Origin: Centroscyllium fabricii
Lineage: Eukaryota
Assembly: GCA_051313645.2 (NCBI GenBank)
Contig: JBNRSN020000004.1
Coordinates: 14,136,001 to 14,200,000, forward strand
DNA: 64,000 bases
Direction of reading: 5' to 3'
Both the position numbers and the translations under genes were made by a program. Shown piece after piece: positions 24,361 to 36,657 of this stretch (positions are counted from its first letter, which is position 1; each line of letters starts with the position of its first letter). The notes beneath the pieces are model-generated. The model worked only from the letters and a program-made list of their open reading frames with translations, had not been told where the DNA came from and ran no database searches.

Positions 24361-24980
24361 CATGATGTGGAGGTGCCGGTGTTGGACTGGGTTGGACAAA
24401 TGTAAGAAGTCACACAACACCAGGTTATAGTCCAACAGTTTTATTTGAAATCACAAGCTTTCGGAGCGTTGCTCCTTCGTCAGGTGAAGTGAAGAGATGC
24501 ATATAGGCACAGCATATATAGTCACTAAACAATGCTAGATGATTACAGGTAATTTTCACACCTCGGCAGAGAGATAATCACCGCAATCATAGGTGTAAAT
24601 GGTGTCCAAACAGGTCAGTCAGCAAAACATTCCATCAAAGAACAATGAGGTGTTCTTTGTTTTTTTTGTTTTTCATACAGCATGTGCAACATTTGACCTC
24701 TTGTGACCCCACCTCATTGTTCTTTGATGGAATGTTTTGCTGACTGACCTGTTTGGACACCATTTACACCTATGATTGCGGTGATTATCTCTCTGCCGAG
24801 GTGTGATAAAGGGCAGTTAGAAAAATTACCTGTAATCATCTAGCAGTGTTCTCGGACTATATATGCTGTGTGCCTATGTGCATCTCATCACTTCACCCGA
24901 CGAAGGAGCAGCGCTCCAAAAGCTTGTGATTTCAAATAAAACTGTTGGACTAGAACCTGGTGTTGTGTGACTTCTTACAT
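24361..24980. mobile_element. Penelope-derived fold-back element (inverted pseudo-LTRs, about 250-bp arms)
   Basis: About 24399-24652 inverted against about 24709-24980; 13-bp duplication CATAGAATGATGC (24348-24360 / 24978-24990). Confidence 0.85.
24451..24487 (-). ncRNA. Minimal hammerhead ribozyme motif, intact core
   Basis: TCAC-CTGACGA-A-GGAGC(AAC)GCTCC-GAAA-GC-TT-GTGA: stems I and II pair perfectly; stem III is the palindrome AGCT. Confidence 0.7.
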
Positions 24981-25663
24981 AGAATGATGCAGCACACAAG
25001 GAGGCCAATTTGCCCATTATGCCTGTGCCAGCTCATCCAATCAGTCCCACTCCCCCTACTCTTTCCCCATAGCCCTGGAAATTCTCCTCCAAATATTTAT
25101 CCAATTCCTTTTTGAAAATTACTATTGAATCTGCTTCCACCACACTTTCGGGCAGTGCGTTCCAGATCATTATTTTTTCCTTTGCTATCCTCACACTGAA
25201 CTTTAACTCGATCATGGTTTCCCAAATGTTGGCTTAGTTTTCGGTCATCCCATTGCTGCATTTCATTCCCCAGAACCAGGTCAAGTAGCGCTTCATTCCT
25301 TGTTGGAATAGCACCTAAGAAAACATGACAAAAAGAACTCCCCATTCTTACCATGGAGGTTTTCTCGATCAAAGTTTCTTTTAGGATCATTAAAATCTTC
25401 TTCAATTATGACTATTATTCACACTCTCCTCTCTAACTGGTCTACTCCCAGTAACCGATCCCTTACTATTTTGCAGCTCATTTCTAAGAGATTCGGTTAG
25501 GATTTCTTCTCCACTTATATTTTTATGCTCCATTCCTATAATATTGTCTCATAATATCACGGTCCCTCTTCCCTTTCTTCCTTCTATTGAATGGGTGGCA
25601 TATATGGGTTCAAGGTGTGCATGGTCACACAATTAGAGATGTGACATCTGCTCATCAGGTGTC

Positions 25664-27357
25664 CAGTTCCACAGTCGGCCAAGGGTGTGCTTCCACAGTC
25701 GGCCAAGGGTGTGCTTCCACAGTAAGCCAAGGGTGTGGTTCCACAGTCGGCCAAGGCTGTACTTCCACAGTCGGCCAAGGGTGTGCTTCCACAGTAAGCC
25801 AAGGGTGTGGTTCCACCGTCGGCCAAGGGTGTGGTTCCACAGTCGGCCAAGGGTGTGGTTCCACAGTCGGCCAAGGGTGTGGTTCCACAGTCGGCCAAGG
25901 GTGTGCTTCCACAGTAGGCCAAGGGTGTGCTTCCACAGTAAGCCAAGGCTGTGCTTTCACAGTAAGCCAAGGGTGTGTTTCCACAGTAGGCCAAGGGTGT
26001 GCTTCCACAGTAAGCCAAGAGTGTGCTTCCACAGTAGGCCAAGGGTGTGGTTCCACAGTAAGCCAAGGGTGTGCTTCCACAGTAGGCCAAGGGTGTGCTT
26101 CCACAGTAGGCCAAGGGTGTGCTTCCACAGTAGGCCAAGGTGTGCTTCCACAGTAGGCCAAGGGTGTGGTTCCACAGTAGGCCAAGGGTGTGCTTCCACA
26201 GTCGGCCAAGGGTGTGCTCCCACAGTAGGCCAAGGGTGTGCTTCCACAGTAAGCCAAGGGTGTGCTTCTACAGTAATCTTAGGGTGTGGTTCCTCAGTAA
26301 GCCAAGGTGTGCTTCCACAGTAAGCCAAGGGTGTACTTCCACAGTCGGCCAAAGGTGTGCTTCCACAAGTAGGCCAAGGGTGTGGTTCCACAGTCGGCCA
26401 AGGGTGTGGTTCCACAGTCGGCCAAGGGTGTGGTTCCACAGTAGGCCAAGGGTGTGGGTCCACAGTAGGCCAAGGGTGTGGTTCCACAGTCGGCCAAGGG
26501 TGTGGTTCCACAGTCGGCCAAGGGTGTGGGTCCACAGTCGGCCAAGGGTGTGGTTCCACAGTCGGCCAAGGGTGTGGTTCCACAGTCGGCCAAAGGTGTG
26601 GTTCCACAGTCGGCCAAGGGTGTGGTTCCACAGTCGGCCAAGGGTGTGGTTCCACAGTCGGCCAAGGTTGTGGTTCCACAGTCGGCCAAGGGTGTGGTTC
26701 CACAGTCGGCCAAGGGTGTGGTTCCACAGTCGGCCAAGGGTGTGGTTCCACAGTCGGCCAAGGGTGTGGTTCCACAGTCGGCCAAGGGTGTGCTTCCACA
26801 GTCGGCCAAGGGTGTGCTTCCACAGTAAGCCAAGGATGTGGTTCCACAGTAATCTTAGGGTGTGCTTCCACAGTAGGCCAAGGGTGTGGTTCCACAGTAA
26901 TCCAAGGGTGTGCTTCCACAATAAGCCAAGGGTGTGCTTCCACAGTCGGCCAAGGGTGTGCTTCCACAGTCGGCCAAGGGTGTGGTTCCACAGTAGGCCA
27001 AGGGTGTGCTTCCACAGTAGGCCAAGGGTGTGCTTCCACTGTAGGCCAAGGGTGTGCTTCCACTGTAGGCCAAGGGTGTGGTTCCACAGTAAGCCAAGGG
27101 TGTGATTCCACAGTAGGCCAAGGGTGTGCTTCCACAGTCGGCCAAGGGTGTGGTTCCACAGTAGGCCAAGGGTGTGCTTCCACAGTCGGCCAAGGGTGTG
27201 CTTCCACAGTAGGCCAAGGGTGTGCTTCCACAGTAGGCCAAGGGTGTGCTTCCACAGTAGGCCAAGGGTGTGCTTCCACAGTCGGCCAAGGGTGTGCTTC
27301 CACAGTAGGCCATGGGTGTGGTTCCACAGTTGGCCAAGGCTGACCAAGGGTGTGGTT
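25664..27357. repeat. 24-bp minisatellite (TTCCACAGTMGGCCAAGGGTGTGS), about 70 copies
   Basis: Direct inspection; 8-aa periodic ORFs; two diverged units remain at 28764-28817 beyond a CR1. Confidence 0.97.
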
Positions 27358-28763
27358 CTGTCTTCACAAAGGAGAACACAAATAACCTCCCAGAGATATC
27401 GGGGAACATCGGGTCTAATGAGAGGGAGAAACTGAATGAAATCTGTGTTTGTAGGGAAATGGTGTTCGGGAAATTGATGGGATTGAAGGCCGATAAATTC
27501 CCAGAGCCTGATAATCTATATCCTAGGGTACTTAAGAAAGTGGCCCTAGAAATAGTAGATGCATTGCTGATCATCTTCCAAAATTCTATCGACTTGGGCA
27601 CAGTTCCCATGGATTGGAGGGTCGCTAATGTAACCCCACTGTTAAAAAAGGTGGTAGAAAGAAAACAGAGAATTACAGACCTGTAAGCCTGACATTGGTA
27701 GTGGGGAAAATGCTAGAGTCCATTATAAAAGATGTAATAGCAGAGCACTTGGAGAACAGTGACAGGATTGGACAAAGTCAACATGGATTTACAAAAGGTA
27801 AATCGTGCATGACTAAACTACTGGAATTTTTTGAGGATGTAACTCAAATTAAATCTCTGCCCCAGTCGGTTAACTTAAACTGATTAAGCACGGCACAGCA
27901 GCCGACTGGTAGAATAGATAAGGGAGAACCAGTGGATGTGGTGTATTTGGGCTTTCAGAAGGATTTCGATAAGGTCCTGCAAGGTTAAGGCACAACGTAT
28001 TGGGGGGGTAAGCTACTGACTTGGATAGAGAACTGGTTGGCAGACAGGAAGCAAAGAGTTGGAATAAACGGGTCTTTTTCTGAGTGGCAGGCAGTGAGTG
28101 ACTAGTGGGGTACCACAGGAATCGGTGCTAGGACCCCAGCTATTCACAATATATATTAATAATCTAGACAAGGGAACTAGATGTAATATCTCCAAGTTTG
28201 CAGACGACACTGATGCACGATCAATTATACTCGAGACGAAGTTGAGAATACAACTGAGGCTTTTATTCACTAAGAACCCTGGAACATCCTTAGGCTGACT
28301 GGCAACTCCTTGCAGTGAGCCAGGCTCCCGGAGTCTGCACCTATATCAGGTAGGCTGGGGGTGGAGTCAGCTTCAGGCATGCATACACACAGGCAAGAGG
28401 CAACTATATACAAACAGTGGTTTACCACAGACTCAAAGCTGGGTGGGCGTGTGTGCTGTGAGGAGGATGCCGAGAAACTCCAGTATGATTTGGACAGGTT
28501 AGGTGATTGGGCAGATGCAGTATAATGTGGATAAATGCAAGGTTGCGACCTGTGGAATTCTCTACCACAGAAGGCAGTGGAGGCCAATTCATTAAATATA
28601 TTCAAGAAGGAGTTAGATATATTTCTTAAAGCTAAAGGGATATGGGGAGAAAACAGGGACAGGGTACTGAATTTGGATGATCAGCCATGATCTCCTTAAA
28701 TGGCAGAGCAGGCTCGAGGGGCCGAATGGCATACTCCTGCTCCTATCTTCTTTGTTTCTATAT
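27357..28763 (+). mobile_element. Degraded CR1 RT fragment containing a templated insertion and a solo LTR
   Basis: SVFTKE, WRVANVTPL, QHGF, GVPQ, KFADD; internal deletion; CR1 3'UTR and tail. Confidence 0.88.
28211..28429 (-). mobile_element. Solo LTR (219 bp) related to the LTRs of Gypsy elements 1 and 2
   Basis: TG...CA; 5-bp TSD GACAC/GACTC; shares GGCTTTTATT...AAGAAC and the TGGTT.ACCACA end. Confidence 0.82.
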
Positions 28764-29655
28764 GTTCCACAGTAGGACAAGGCTCCTGGAGCAAATAGTT
28801 CCACAGTAGGACAAGGTTCACTGAGTGGATATTTCTGCAGTAGCCAAAGTCTTAATGATGGTGCGGTGTAAATATAAATGTCATTGCACAACTGTTTTTT
28901 GGTGTCACATCCAGGCTGAAGAGACACAAGTCTTTTTTTTAAAGTTTAAAGCTGATTACTGAGAGACAGAAACTGTGCCTACCTGTGTTTGCCTGTCTGA
29001 GACCAGTTATTATAAATGAATCATCATCGTCGGCTGCTGTGCCGTGCTTAATCAGTTTAAGTTAACCGACTGGGGCAGAGATTTAATTTGGATTTCTTCT
29101 GTAGTGATTTAAAACAAACCTTTGCTGCTTCCGTCATTAAAATGACATATTTTATCCACATGAGTGGGAGATCACAGCTGTTCTCAGAGCTCATTATGGT
29201 CATGCCCTCACGGTCAGAGCTATTTCAGCACGGGGTTGATATACAGCAATACCCTATTGTAAGGAACTCCTTTCAGATTGAGAGTTATATTCTGACAATG
29301 GTGCTCTGGAAGCCCAGTGTAGTCACAGCCCTTCAGTCAATGCCAAGAATTGTGGAGATTCATAGAATTTTACAGTGCGGATAAAGGCCATTCGGCCCAT
29401 CCAGTCCGCACTGTAAAGATTGTTTCTGCTTCGATTTGATGAGCAGAGATTGAAGTAATGAGCACGAATCTTCTGAATCTTCTGAATAGATTTGTGGTAA
29501 TTTGTAATGTAATTGCCATTCTGGCGACAGTGAAGGCATTTCTTTGTGTACGTCTTGTGGGTTATAAAAATATCTTTCTATTACTGTGCGAGATTAATCC
29601 CCTCTAGTAAAACTTTGAGCTAAGCATGTGTGCTGCTTCTGGAGGAGTGACCAGG

Positions 29656-31757
29656 TTCAAGAAAGGAGGGAGACAGAAAGCTGGCAACTATAGGTCAGTT
29701 AGCCTAACTCTGTCATTGGAAAAATGCTGGAATCCATTATGAAGTAAGTAGTAACAGTACATTTAGAAAATCATAACACAATTGAGCAGAGCAGAGTCAA
29801 CATGGTTTTATGAAAGGGAAATCGTGTTTGACAAATTTACCAGAGTTCTTTGAGGATACAATGAGCAGGGTGGACAAAGGTGAACCAGTAGATGTGGTGT
29901 ATTTGGATTTCCAGAAGTCATTCAATAAGGTGCCACATAAAAGGTTACTGCAGGGTTGGGGGTAATATATTAGCATGGATAGAGGATTAGCTAACTAACA
30001 GAAAACAGAGAGTCAGGATAAATGGGTCATTTTCAGGTTGGCCTCAACTATTTACAATCTATATTAATGACTTGGATGAAGGGACCGAGTGTAATGTAGC
30101 CAAATTTGCTGAGGATACAAAGATAGGTGGGAAAGCAAGTTGTGAGGAGGACACAGAGTCTGCAAAGGGATATAGATAGGTTAAGCGAGTGCGCAAAAAT
30201 TTGGCAGATTGAGTATTATGTGGGAAAATGCGACGTTATTCACTTTGGTAGGAAGAATAGAAAAGCAAAATATTATTTAAATGGAGAGAGACTACAGAAT
30301 GCTGCGGTAGAGGGATCTGGGTATCCTCGTACAATGAAATGCAAAATGTTAGCATGCAGGTACAGCATGTAATTGGGCAGGAAAATGGAGTGTTGGACTT
30401 TATTGCAACGGGGGATGGAGTATGAAAGAAAAAGTCCTGCTACAACTGTACAGGACGTTGGCGAGACCACACCTGGAGTACTGCGTACAGTTATGGTCCC
30501 CTTATTTAAGGAGGGATATACTTGCATTGGAGGCATAAGAACATAAGAAATAGGAGCAGGAGTAGGCCAATCGGCCCCTCGAGCCTGCTCCGCCATTCAA
30601 CAAGATCATGGCTGATCTGATCCTAACCTCAATTTTATTTTTACTCTCCACCCCGCCCAGACCCATGTGATCACCTGGGAGAGGCGAAAAAACCAGATTT
30701 TAAAAACCCAGTCGCCAATTTGGGAGAAAAAATCAGGAAAATTCCTCTCCGACCCATCTGGGCGATCGAAAACTGGTCCAGGAGATCACATGGCCGATCT
30801 GAACCTAGCCTCACGTCCACTTACCTGCCCGCTCACCATAACACCTAATTCCCTTTAATTCCAGGAAACTGTCTATCTCCGTTTTAAATTTATTCAACGT
30901 AGTAGCTTCCACAGCTCTCTGGGGCAGCAAATTCCACAGCCCCACCACCCTTTGAGTGAAGAAGTTTCTCCTCATCTCAGTTTTGAAATGGCAGCCCCTT
31001 ATTTTAAGATTATGCCCCCTAGTCCTAGTTTCACCCACCATTGGGAACATCCTCACCGCATCCACCCGATCAAGCCCTCTCACAATCTTATATGTTTCAA
31101 TAAGATCGCCTCTCATTCTTCTGAACTCCAATGAGTAGAGGCCCAATCTACTCAGCCTCTCGTCATATGTTAGCCCCCTCATCCCCGGAATTAACCTAGT
31201 GAACCTTCTCTGCACTGTCTCGAGAGCAAGTATGTCCTTTCTTAAATAGGGATACCAGAACTGCACGCAGTATTCCAGGTGAGGCAGTTCAGAGAAGGTT
31301 CACGAGGTTGATTCCTGAGATGAAGGGGTTGTCATATGAAGAAAGGTTGAGCGGGTTGGGCCTATATTCATTGGAGTTCAGAAGAATGAGAGGTGATCTT
31401 ATTGAAACATACAAGATTCTGAGGGGGCACGACAGGGTAGATTCTGAAAGGGTATTTCCCCTTATGGGGGAATCTGGAACTAGGGGGCATAGTTTCAGAA
31501 TAAGGGGTCGCCTATTTAAACCAGAGATGAGGAGGAATTTCTTCTCTCAGAGGGTCGTAAATCTTTGGAATTCTCTACCGCAGAGAGCTGTGGAGGCTGG
31601 GTCATTGAATATATTCAAGGTGGAGATAGATATTTTTAAAACAAGGGAGTTCAGGGTTATGGGAGGTGGGCAGGGAAGTGGAGATGAGGCCAAGATCAGA
31701 TCAGCAGGCTCGAGGGGCCGAATAGCCTACTCCTGCTCCTATTTCTTATGTTCTTAT
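29656..31757 (+). mobile_element. Degraded CR1 RT fragment split by an antisense CR1
   Basis: RT motifs; 6-bp TSD GAGGCA flanks 30536-31280. Confidence 0.85.
30536..31280 (-). mobile_element. 5'-truncated CR1 with extended structured 3'UTR
   Basis: ORF 30811-31266 is the CR1 C-terminus; tail (TTCTTATG)n; extra module at 30664-30792. Confidence 0.9.
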
Positions 31758-31893
31758 TTAGAGTATATATATCATTAAAATACACTTAGCATATTGTGGA
31801 CAGACCTGGGCTCCATATTACAAAAATGATATTGAGGCACTGGAGAAGGTTCAAAAAAGGATTTCCAGGGATGATACCAGAACTGAGGTTCTG

Positions 31894-32921
31894 GAAACAT
31901 AGAAGATATGAGCAGGAGTCGGCCATTTGCCCATCGAGCCTGCTCCGCCATTCAATGAGATCATGACTGATCATCCAAATTTAGTACCCTGTCCCTGCCT
32001 TCTCCCCATATCCCTTGATCCCTTTAGCCTTAAGGAATATATCTAACTCCTTCTTGAATATATTTAATGGCTTGGCCTCAACTGCCTTCTGTGGTAGAGA
32101 ATTCCACAGGTTCACCACTCTCTGGGTGAAGAAATTCCTCCTCATCTCTGTCTTAAATGGCTTACCCCTTATCCTTAGACTGTGACCCCTGGTTCTGGAC
32201 TCCCCGGCCATCGGAAACATCCTTCCTGCATCTAGTCTGTCCAGTCCTGTTAGAATTTTATAAGTTTCGATGAGATCCTCTTTCATTCTTCTAAACTCCA
32301 GTGAGTATAAGCCCAATCAATCCAATCTCTCCTCATACGTCATTCCTGCCATCCCAGGTATCAGCCTGGTGAATCTTCGCTGCACTCCCTCCATGGCAAG
32401 AACATCCTTCCTCAGATAAGGTGACCAAAACTGCACATAGTACTCAAGGTGTGGTCTCACCAAGGCCCTGTACAACTGCAGCAAGACCTCCCTGCTCCTG
32501 TACTCAAACCCACTCGCTACGGAGGCCAACATACCATTTGCCTTCCTAACTGCCCGCTGCACCTGCATGCTTACCTTCAGGGACTGGTGCACAAGGACAC
32601 CCAGGTCTCGTTGCACTTCCTCTTCTCCCAATCTATTGCCATTCAGATAATAATCTGCCCTCCTGTTTAGAAGAATGAGAGGGGATCTCATTGAAACTTA
32701 CAAAATTCTAGAAGGTCTAAACAGACTAGATGCAGGAAGAATATTCCTGATGGCGGGGGAGCCCAGAACCAGGGGTCACAGTCTAAGAATAAGGGGTAAA
32801 CCATTTACAACAGAGATGAGGAATTTTTTCACCCAGAGAGTGGTGAACCTGTGGAATTCTCTACCACAGAAGGCCATAGAGGCCAATTCATTAAATATAT
32901 TCAAGAAGGAGTTAAATATAT
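31894..32921. mobile_element. Two abutting CR1 fragments in opposite orientation (31894-32665 minus; 32666-32921 plus)
   Basis: ORFs 31981-32691 (-) and 32675-32986 (+). Confidence 0.85.
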
Positions 32922-33253
32922 TGAAGTGCCTCAAATCAGAGCCAACAGCTTGTTCTAACGAAAGTCTTTTATTCACAAAGAACTGAACCTAGTCTGCGAT
33001 GAGTCCGCCCGGAATGAGAGCCAGGTGGGCGGAGCATTCTCCTTTATACTCACACCCAGAGGCGGGGTCAGCCGGTCCAGGTCCTTACAGAAAGGTACAG
33101 ATTTATTAACACAAACGATATACAATAATCCAGAAAGGTACAGATATATTAACCCAACTATAACCCAATATAAATGGAGATGCACCCCTAGGGACCGAAG
33201 TAAGGGAGGAGCCAGAGAAGAAGGAAAAAACGGAGGAAGGCCCTGATACAGAA

Positions 33254-33796
33254 GTGGAAGGAACAAAGGGTGAACTTAAATTTAGAAAGAGAACCATAGT
33301 CATGGGAGATTCAATGGTCAGAGGGACGGAAGGCGGGTTCTGTAGAAAATTAAAAATGGAAAGATTGGTGTGCTGTTTCCCGGGGGCCAGGATTCGTGAT
33401 ATCAAAGACAGAGTACATGAAACGTTACAATTTGAGCACAAGAAAGTGCAGGTGATCGTACATGTAGGGACAAACGACATAGGCAAAAGGAAGGATGAGG
33501 AAATCAAAGGAGATTATAGGGAGATGGTAAAAAGACTGAAGGAAAAAACAAAATACATTACGGTATCTGGTATTTTGCCAGCACCCAGGGACGCAACATG
33601 GAAGAACAAGAAGAGGGAGGAATTAAATGAATGGCTACAGAGGATGTGCAAGAATGAGGAGGTGGGGTTTGTAGACAATTGGAGCCGGTTTCAGGGAAAA
33701 AAGGAGCTGTATAATGAGGATGGGTTGCACCTGAACGGGAGGGGAACATTTATTCTGGGGGGAAGACTTGCAGAAACAATCAGGGATTTAAACTGA
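33254..33796 (+). CDS. CR1 ORF1 C-terminal SGNH/GDSL esterase-like domain (5'-truncated)
   Basis: VMGDSMVR, CFPGA, HVGTND, DGLHLN; the frame stays open upstream to the insertion junction. Confidence 0.9.
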   Translation: MEGTKGELKFRKRTIVMGDSMVRGTEGGFCRKLKMERLVCCFPGARIRDIKDRVHETLQFEHKKVQVIVHVGTNDIGKRKDEEIKGDYREMVKRLKEKTKYITVSGILPAPRDATWKNKKREELNEWLQRMCKNEEVGFVDNWSRFQGKKELYNEDGLHLNGRGTFILGGRLAETIRDLN

Positions 33797-33810
33797 AGAA
33801 TAGGGGGGGG

Positions 33811-36657
33811 ATGGATGGGAACAAGGAGGGAAATAAAGAAGGGATAGGGCATCGGGCAGGAAAAAAGGGTCAGCAGGGAGGAAATAATGGGCTAAGGTGT
33901 GCATACTTTAATGCAAGAAGCATTAAGAATAAAACTGGAGAGCTAGAGGCCTGGCTATCAACCTGGGAGTACGATGTGGTGGCGGTAACAGAGACATGGG
34001 TGGAGAGGGGACAGGAATGGTTGTTGGGGTTCCAGGGGTACAGAACGTTTAGCAAATGCAGGGAGGAAGGAAAAAGAGGAGGAGGAGTAGCGATTCTGGT
34101 AAAGGACACTCTGAAGGCGGTAGAGAAGCAGCAAGGGAAGGAATCGAAGGTGGAATCAGTATGGGCGGAAATAAGGAACAAAAAAGGGCAAGTCACACTG
34201 GTAGGTGTCTACTATAGACCGCCTAACAGTGAGAAGGAGGTGGAGGAAGAGATAGCGGAGGAAATAAGGGGTAGATGTGAAAAGCACAAAGTAGTGGTGA
34301 TGGGGGACTTCAACTTTCCACACATAAGCTGGGAAACGTTCAGGGTCAATGGCTCGGAAGGAGAGGTGTTCGCGCAGTGTGTGCAGGAGAACTTCCTAAC
34401 GCAATACGTGGAGAACCCAACAAGGGGGGCAGCAATTCTGGATCTGGTATTAGGCAATGAACCGGGGCAAGTAGAAGGGATGGAAATCAGGGAGAGCTTT
34501 GGAGACAGTGACCACGACTCACTGACATTCAGCATAAGAATGGATAAGGACGAGGACAGGAGGACAAATAGGGCGTACTGCTGGGGAAAAGGGAACTACG
34601 GGGGCATCAGGCAAGACTTGAGCAAAGGGGAATGGGATAAAGGGGCCAGGAACGGAAATCCGCAGGAAAGATGGCAGGGGTTCAGGGATCGCATATTGGA
34701 GGCCCTGAGCAAACATGTACCATGCAGAAGGGGTGACAGAAGGAGGAGGAGGGAACCATGGTGTACGAAAGGGGTAATACAGCTGGTTAAAAAGAAAAAG
34801 GAGGCTTACAGGTCCATGAGGAGGAAGGAAGACACTGGTACAAGGACGAAGTATAAAGAGGCTAGGAGGGAACTGAAGAATGAACTAAGGAAAACAAAAA
34901 GGGGGCATGAAAAAACACTGGCGGGAAAGGTCAAGGAGAACCCAAAGGCATTCTATGCTTATGTAAGAAGCAAGAGAATGAAAAGGGAAAGCGTGGGACC
35001 ATTAAAGAACGGGGAGGGACAGATGTGTGTGGAGCAGGAAGAAATGGCGGAAACCTTGAATGAATACTTTGCGTCAGTATTTACCAAGGAAAGGGACCAG
35101 GAAGGAGGGGGGACAGAAGTAGAACAGGGGAGGGGAATGGGGGAGGGAAGGATATCGAGGGAGGAGGTGTTAGGAATACTGGAACGGTTAAAGGTAGATA
35201 AATCACCGGGGCCAGACGGGGTGTATCCGAGGATACTATGGGAGGCAAGGGAAGAAATAGCGGCGCCCCTGGCCTCGATCTTTGAGGCCTCACTAGCATC
35301 AGAGATGGTGCCGGGTGATTGGAGGGAGGCGAATGTAGTTCCACTATTTAAGAAAGGGTCCAGGGAGGAACCGGGAAACTACAGACCGGTCAGCCTGACC
35401 TCAGTGGTGGGAAAAGTAATGGAGAGGGTACTGAGGGATAGGGTGTATAGGCACTTAGAAGAGGTTAAATTCATTAGGAGCAGTCAGCACGGATTTGTGA
35501 AGGGCAAATCGTGCCTGACAAATCTGATAGAGTTCTTTGAGGAAGTGACCAGGAGTGTGGATGAAGGGAAGGCGGTTGATGTAGTCTATATGGATTTCAG
35601 CAAGGCCTTTGATAAAGTTCCACATGGAAGACTGATGAGGAAAGTAAGGGGATGTGGGGTAAATGAGGGAATAGCTAACTGGATAGAGAACTGGCTGGCG
35701 CAAAGGAGACAGAGAGTGGTAGTGGATGGATGTTACTCCAGTTGGAGACCGGTCACCAGCGGGGTCCCACAGGGATCAGTGCTGGGTCCACTACTGTTCG
35801 CTATCTTCATAAATGACTTGGAGGAAGGAACAGAGGGGTGGGTCAGTAAGTTTGCGGACGATACTAAAATTGGAGGGGAAGTGGATGAGGAAGAAGGAGG
35901 GGAGAGACTACAGAGGGATATAGAAAGAATGCAGGGATGGGCTGAGAGATGGCAGATGGAGTTCAATGCTGGGAAATGTGAGGTGATGCATTTTGGCAGC
36001 AAGAACGGAAGGAGGGAATACAGACTAAACGGAAAAGTGTTAAAGGAAACGGAGGAGCAGAGAGATCTGGGGGTGTATGTGCATAGGTCACTGAAGGTGG
36101 CCGCACAGGTGGACAGGGCAGCAAAGAAGGCCTATGGGATACTGGCATTCATCAATAGGGGCCTGGAGTTTAGGGACAGAGAGGTGTTGATGAGGCTGTA
36201 TACAACGCTGGTACGACCGCACTTGGAGTACTGCGTTCAGTTCTGGGCACCGAGGTACAAGAAGGACGTGGAGACTCTGGAGAGGGTGCAGAGGAGATTC
36301 ACAAGGATGCTGCCGGGGATGGGAGGGAAGACGTACGAGGAGAGGCTGGGGCAACTGGGGCTGTTCACTCTGGAGAGAAGAAGGGCAAGGGGAGACCTGA
36401 TAGAGGTATTCAAAATGATGAAGGGCATTGACCAGGTGGACATACAAAGACTGTTTCCAAGGATGGGGGAGATAGGTACGAGAGGTCACAAGTATAAAAT
36501 AAAGGGAGGGAAGTTCAGAAGGGATGGAAGAGGGGGGTTCTTCACGCAGAGGGTTGTGGGAGATTGGAATAGGCTGCCGGCACGGATTGTAGAGGCAGGC
36601 AGCCTGGAGGCGTTCAAGAGGAAACTGGATATCCACATGGGGAGAGAAGGGTATTAG
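33811..36657 (+). CDS. CR1 ORF2: APE endonuclease plus reverse transcriptase, 948 aa, uninterrupted
   Basis: FNARS, VTETW, YRPP, GDFN, SDH; [29 protein letters not shown]. Confidence 0.96.
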   Translation: MDGNKEGNKEGIGHRAGKKGQQGGNNGLRCAYFNARSIKNKTGELEAWLSTWEYDVVAVTETWVERGQEWLLGFQGYRTFSKCREEGKRGGGVAILVKDTLKAVEKQQGKESKVESVWAEIRNKKGQVTLVGVYYRPPNSEKEVEEEIAEEIRGRCEKHKVVVMGDFNFPHISWETFRVNGSEGEVFAQCVQENFLTQYVENPTRGAAILDLVLGNEPGQVEGMEIRESFGDSDHDSLTFSIRMDKDEDRRTNRAYCWGKGNYGGIRQDLSKGEWDKGARNGNPQERWQGFRDRILEALSKHVPCRRGDRRRRREPWCTKGVIQLVKKKKEAYRSMRRKEDTGTRTKYKEARRELKNELRKTKRGHEKTLAGKVKENPKAFYAYVRSKRMKRESVGPLKNGEGQMCVEQEEMAETLNEYFASVFTKERDQEGGGTEVEQGRGMGEGRISREEVLGILERLKVDKSPGPDGVYPRILWEAREEIAAPLASIFEASLASEMVPGDWREANVVPLFKKGSREEPGNYRPVSLTSVVGKVMERVLRDRVYRHLEEVKFIRSSQHGFVKGKSCLTNLIEFFEEVTRSVDEGKAVDVVYMDFSKAFDKVPHGRLMRKVRGCGVNEGIANWIENWLAQRRQRVVVDGCYSSWRPVTSGVPQGSVLGPLLFAIFINDLEEGTEGWVSKFADDTKIGGEVDEEEGGERLQRDIERMQGWAERWQMEFNAGKCEVMHFGSKNGRREYRLNGKVLKETEEQRDLGVYVHRSLKVAAQVDRAAKKAYGILAFINRGLEFRDREVLMRLYTTLVRPHLEYCVQFWAPRYKKDVETLERVQRRFTRMLPGMGGKTYEERLGQLGLFTLERRRARGDLIEVFKMMKGIDQVDIQRLFPRMGEIGTRGHKYKIKGGKFRRDGRGGFFTQRVVGDWNRLPARIVEAGSLEAFKRKLDIHMGREGY

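Noticed and set aside
25584-27610. Long ORFs in many frames (up to 456 aa)
   Set aside because: By-product of a stop-poor 24-bp tandem repeat; frameshifts within the array and no gene context
33870-36636. Antisense ORFs over CR1 and Gypsy coding regions
   Set aside because: Shadow ORFs with no independent motifs
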